From the NCBI GenBank assembly GCA_043739065.1, contig JAYUEU010000192.1:1-46201 (forward strand): DNA of 46,201 nt, in the 5' to 3' direction. Shown here one piece after another: positions 42,796 to 46,201 of this stretch. Origin of the DNA: Synechococcales cyanobacterium (GTDB lineage Bacteria; Cyanobacteriota; Cyanobacteriia; Leptolyngbyales; Leptolyngbyaceae). Within the stretch, counting starts at the first letter, position 1, and each line of letters starts with the position of its first letter. The translations under genes were made by a program, and so were the position numbers. Under the pieces are notes generated by a model. The model did not search any database. It was given only the letters and a program-made list of their open reading frames with translations, and had not been told where the DNA came from.

Positions 42796-44103
42796 ATGGC
42801 TAATTTTTCAAGACGAAAATTTCTTCTAACAGTCGGTGCAACGGCAGCCGGAACAATGTTGGCCAATGGCTGTAGTTCCGGCACCAGCTCCAATACAAGC
42901 TCTGTCCCAGCCGTCAACAGTGGTACAGCCGACAGCCCCGAAACGGATAAAGTCACTCTGGGCTTCATCGCACTGACTGATTGTGCACCCTTAGTTATTG
43001 CTAAGGAAAAAGGTATTTTCGCGAAGTATGGACTAAAAGGCGCTGAAGTTAAGAAACAGACATCTTGGGCCAATACCCGTGACAATATAGAACTCGGCGG
43101 AGATAAAGGCGGTTTAGATGGCGCGCACATCTTGACTCCCATGTCCTATATGTTGACCTCCGGCAAGATCACCAAGGGAAACGTCAAAATTCCCATGTAT
43201 ATCTTGGCCCGTTTGAATCTGAATGGTCAAGGCATCTCTATTTCTAATGAATATGCGGATCAGAAATTTGAGGTTAAGGCCGACAAGCTCAAAGCGAAGG
43301 TCGAGGCAATCAAGGCGGCGGGTAAAAAATTCCAATGCGCCGTGACTTTCCCCGGTGGAACTCACGACCTCTGGATGCGCTACTGGCTTGCAGCCAATGG
43401 TGTTAACCCTGATGAAGATGTAGATATTAAGGTCATTCCACCCGCCCAAATGGTGGCCAACATGGAAACCAAATCCATGGATTCATTCTGCGTAGGTGAA
43501 CCTTGGAATCAGCGTCTCGTCACTAAGAAACTGGGTTACAACGCCCTTACGACAGGCGAACTCTGGAAAGATCACCCCGAAAAATCCTTCACCGTCCGCA
43601 AAGACTGGGCTGACAAGAATCCCAAGGCTGCAAAAGCGCTCCTCATGGCGATCCTAGAAGCTCAAATGTGGTGCGATAAGGACGAAAATAAGGCCGAGAT
43701 GTGTAAGCTGACGGAGTCCGATCAATATATCAAAGCACCATCCTCTGACATTTTGGCTCGGATGCAAGGGGACTTTGATTTCGGGGATGGCCGCAAGCTT
43801 GAAAAATCGCCGCTCTTGATGAAGTTCTGGCGTGACAATGCATCGTTCCCCTATAAGAGCCACGACCAATGGTTCGTCACGGAAAATGTACGTTGGGGGA
43901 TGTTCACAGAAGCCGATCTTGCAATGGTTGATACCGTCAATCGATCGGACCTCTGGCGTGAAGCAGCTAAAGCTCTCAAAATTCCTGATGCTCAGATTCC
44001 AAAAGAAGATTCTCGCGGTAAGGAAACGTTCTTTGATGGCGTGACCTTTGATCCAGCCGATCCAAAAGCATATTTAGCTAGCTTGAAAATCAAAAAAGCA
44101 TAG
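42796..44103 (+). CDS. nrtA: nitrate/nitrite ABC transporter substrate-binding lipoprotein NrtA
   Basis: MANFSRRKFLLTVGATAAGTMLANGCSS is a Tat/lipobox leader. LGFIALTDCAPLVIAKEKGIFAKYGL matches the NrtA/CmpA family. The start at 42796 is preferred to the TTG at 42712. Confidence 0.9.
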   Translation: MANFSRRKFLLTVGATAAGTMLANGCSSGTSSNTSSVPAVNSGTADSPETDKVTLGFIALTDCAPLVIAKEKGIFAKYGLKGAEVKKQTSWANTRDNIELGGDKGGLDGAHILTPMSYMLTSGKITKGNVKIPMYILARLNLNGQGISISNEYADQKFEVKADKLKAKVEAIKAAGKKFQCAVTFPGGTHDLWMRYWLAANGVNPDEDVDIKVIPPAQMVANMETKSMDSFCVGEPWNQRLVTKKLGYNALTTGELWKDHPEKSFTVRKDWADKNPKAAKALLMAILEAQMWCDKDENKAEMCKLTESDQYIKAPSSDILARMQGDFDFGDGRKLEKSPLLMKFWRDNASFPYKSHDQWFVTENVRWGMFTEADLAMVDTVNRSDLWREAAKALKIPDAQIPKEDSRGKETFFDGVTFDPADPKAYLASLKIKKA

Positions 44104-44105
44104 TC

Positions 44106-44217
44106 GATCTATCTAAATCTCCCTTGGTAAGGGGCCTAAGAGACTGTTGTAATACGTTGAATTTATGCCAAATATTCGTTCTATCCGGTCTCCCATTACC
44201 AAGGGGACTAGGGGATC
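44106..44217. mobile_element. MITE-like hairpin element in the nrtA-nrtB spacer
   Basis: Imperfect inverted arms GATCTATCTAAATCTCCCTTGGTAAGGGG ... CCCATTACCAAGGGGACTAGGGGATC. The termini are related to those of the element at 29939-30081. Confidence 0.45.
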
Positions 44218-44250
44218 TCTTACTTCTTAACCTTTAAAGGCAATCCCACC

Positions 44251-45072
44251 ATGGTAACCGCTTCTGTCCGTCCCGCAAACCCGATCGTTGAAAAGATTAT
44301 CGAGACGTTTCAAAGTTTAATTGCACCTATTGTTTGTAGTTCCGCAACACTTTTGGTTTGGCAATTGCTATGTTCGAGCGCTGATTCAAAAATGCCAGGA
44401 CCAATTAAAGTCATTAGTCAAACCATTGGAACCATTACGGGTGGGTTTTCGGAAACAGGTATTTGGATGCAGCTTCTAAATAGCCTGACCCGAGTTGGGA
44501 TTGGATACGTTGGAGCCTCAATTTTGGGGATTGCTATTGGAGTTACGATCGGAGTTAACAAATTTTTGCGAGAGGGCTTTGATCCACTCATTCAAATTCT
44601 AAGAACTGTGCCGCCATTGGCTTGGTTGCCGATTTCTACCATTCTATTTTTGCAAACATCAAAACCTGCTGAAAATGCTGGAATATTCCTGATTTTTATC
44701 ACTGCAATTTGGCCCATCATCATTAATACCGCCGTCGGAGTTCAGCAAATCCCAAAAGATTATACTAACGTCGCGAAAGTCCTGAAACTATCCGGTAAAG
44801 ACTTTCTATTTAGTATTCTGATCCCCTCAACAGTTCCCTATATTTTCACCGGATTACGAATTGGAGTCGGCTTAGCATGGCTCGCGATCGTGGCGGCTGA
44901 AATGCTTTCTACAGGTGCTGGCGGAATTGGTGCCTATATTTGGAATGAATACACATCCATGCTTGATGACAGCATTAGCAAAATTGTATTAGCGGTATTT
45001 AGTGTCGGTTTAGTCGGCTTAGTTCTCGATCGGATTGTCGGTTGGTTAGGGTCTTTAGTGGTTGCAGAATAG
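44251..45072 (+). CDS. nrtB: nitrate ABC transporter permease NrtB
   Basis: 273-aa polytopic ORF with the ABC permease EAA-type loop (AKVLKLSGKDFLFSILIPSTVPYIFTGLR) in nrt gene order. Confidence 0.9.
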   Translation: MVTASVRPANPIVEKIIETFQSLIAPIVCSSATLLVWQLLCSSADSKMPGPIKVISQTIGTITGGFSETGIWMQLLNSLTRVGIGYVGASILGIAIGVTIGVNKFLREGFDPLIQILRTVPPLAWLPISTILFLQTSKPAENAGIFLIFITAIWPIIINTAVGVQQIPKDYTNVAKVLKLSGKDFLFSILIPSTVPYIFTGLRIGVGLAWLAIVAAEMLSTGAGGIGAYIWNEYTSMLDDSISKIVLAVFSVGLVGLVLDRIVGWLGSLVVAE

Positions 45073-45170
45073 GCTCATATCTTGAATCTTCAATAGGCTT
45101 GTTCAATAGCGAGGAACTGCATTTCCCCGCATCCCTAGCAAATGTTATTCACACCCTGGACATTACCTCT

Positions 45171-46201
45171 ATGACAATCCTTGTAGACATCGATCACATT
45201 GACAAAATCTATCCCCTTAAGAATGGCGGCGAATATGTCGCATTGCGAAATGTGGATCTTAAAATCAATCAAGGTGAGTTTGTTTCCTTAATTGGTCATT
45301 CTGGTTGTGGGAAGTCCACATTACTGAATATTATTGCGGGATTTGAACAAGCTAGCATTGGCGGAGTCGTTCTTTCTGGCAAACAAATAACCGCTCCCGG
45401 TCCCGATCGGATGATGGTGTTCCAAAATTATTCATTGCTCCCGTGGCTCACCGTTCGTCAGAACATTGCCCTAGCAGTGGATAAAGTGATGACAGAACTG
45501 TCCGCTGACGATCGTAAACAAATCATCGAACAACACATTGATCTAGTCGGACTTCGGGCCGCTGCTGACAAACGCCCTAGTCAACTCTCTGGTGGGATGA
45601 AGCAACGGACGGCGATCGCTCGTGCCCTGGCGATTCGGCCTAAGGTGTTGCTGCTTGATGAACCCTTTGGGGCGCTGGATGCCTTGACCCGTGGCAATTT
45701 GCAAGAACAATTGATGGCCATTTGCCAAGAATATAAAACTACCTGTGTCATGGTGACGCACGATGTCGATGAAGCCTTGTTGCTGGGCGATCGGGTCGTC
45801 ATGTTGACCAACGGACCCGAAGCCCACATTGGCCAAATCCTCAAAGTCGAATTCGCACGTCCCCGGAAGCGAATGGAGGTCGTCAATGACCCTAAATATT
45901 ACGTGAACCGAGCTGAAATCATTAGCTTTCTCAACCAACAAAAACGCGATAAACGTCGTAAACGTAAGGTTGAAGTCGAGAAAATGATTACCCCCGCGAT
46001 CGCCGCCGTTGGGGCCTTAGAAAAATCAGTCGTCACCCTAGGCTACGTGCCCACGACCGATGCTGCCCCGCTGATTGTGGCAAAAGAAAAAGGATTTTTT
46101 ACAAAACATGGTCTAACGCAAGTCAAACTCATCGCCGATTCAAGCTGGCAGGCTATTGCCGACGGTCTTGCAAATCAACGTCTCGACTGCGCTCAGCTTT
46201 T
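45171..46201 (+). CDS. nrtC: nitrate ABC transporter ATP-binding protein NrtC (3-prime partial, runs off the window)
   Basis: Not in the ORF track because it is open-ended. It has Walker A GHSGCGKST, signature LSGGMKQR and Walker B LLLDEP. An NrtA-like C-terminal domain then begins (LGYVPTTDAAPLIVAKEKGFF), which distinguishes NrtC from NrtD. Confidence 0.85.
   Translation, partial: MTILVDIDHIDKIYPLKNGGEYVALRNVDLKINQGEFVSLIGHSGCGKSTLLNIIAGFEQASIGGVVLSGKQITAPGPDRMMVFQNYSLLPWLTVRQNIALAVDKVMTELSADDRKQIIEQHIDLVGLRAAADKRPSQLSGGMKQRTAIARALAIRPKVLLLDEPFGALDALTRGNLQEQLMAICQEYKTTCVMVTHDVDEALLLGDRVVMLTNGPEAHIGQILKVEFARPRKRMEVVNDPKYYVNRAEIISFLNQQKRDKRRKRKVEVEKMITPAIAAVGALEKSVVTLGYVPTTDAAPLIVAKEKGFFTKHGLTQVKLIADSSWQAIADGLANQRLDCAQL

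Noticed and set aside
1-46201. Search for tRNA, rRNA or tmRNA genes (T-loop GGTTCGAAT/GGTTCAAAT-type motifs in intergenic regions).
   Set aside because: I saw no cloverleaf-compatible sequence or conserved T-loop in any intergenic gap. The only GGTTCGA occurs inside the GNAT coding region. A computational scan (tRNAscan-SE/Infernal) would be needed to be definitive.

Overview
The window is a cyanobacterial chromosomal segment. The HIP1 octamer GCGATCGC and its CGATCG core recur throughout (e.g. 1543-1550), and the gene content fits: psaE, psaL, cruF/cruG and narB-nrtABC. Ordinary housekeeping genes are present (clpS, an ABC1 kinase, bcp, smpB, hisS, dusB). Between them sits an unusually dense set of conflict or cell-death-type modules.

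(1) 29471-32340: a small alpha-helical protein and an adjacent NB-ARC/TPR STAND NTPase share a 26-residue terminal motif. This is the layout of NLR-associated amyloid signalling pairs and is the most interesting locus here.
(2) 23320-29294: a PP2C phosphatase, a CHAT(caspase-like)-FHA protein, a Met-rich zinc-ribbon protein and a diverged DUF2126-like fragment, lying next to a divergent LuxR-type regulator.
(3) 12681-15006: an EACC1-like small protein followed by a membrane-anchored orthocaspase.
(4) 40354-42089: a DarT/DarG ADP-ribosyltransferase/macrodomain pair wedged between narB and nrtABC. Its DarG C-terminus looks non-canonical.
(5) Smaller items: a DUF4160/DUF2442 pair beside an Abi-like gene, a toxin-antitoxin pair whose toxin carries an in-frame TAG, a vapC remnant, a Uma2 nuclease, an Rpn-type nuclease and MITE-like hairpin elements.

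I found no tRNA, rRNA or CRISPR array. All family assignments come from motif recognition by eye, with no database search. Start codons are provisional.
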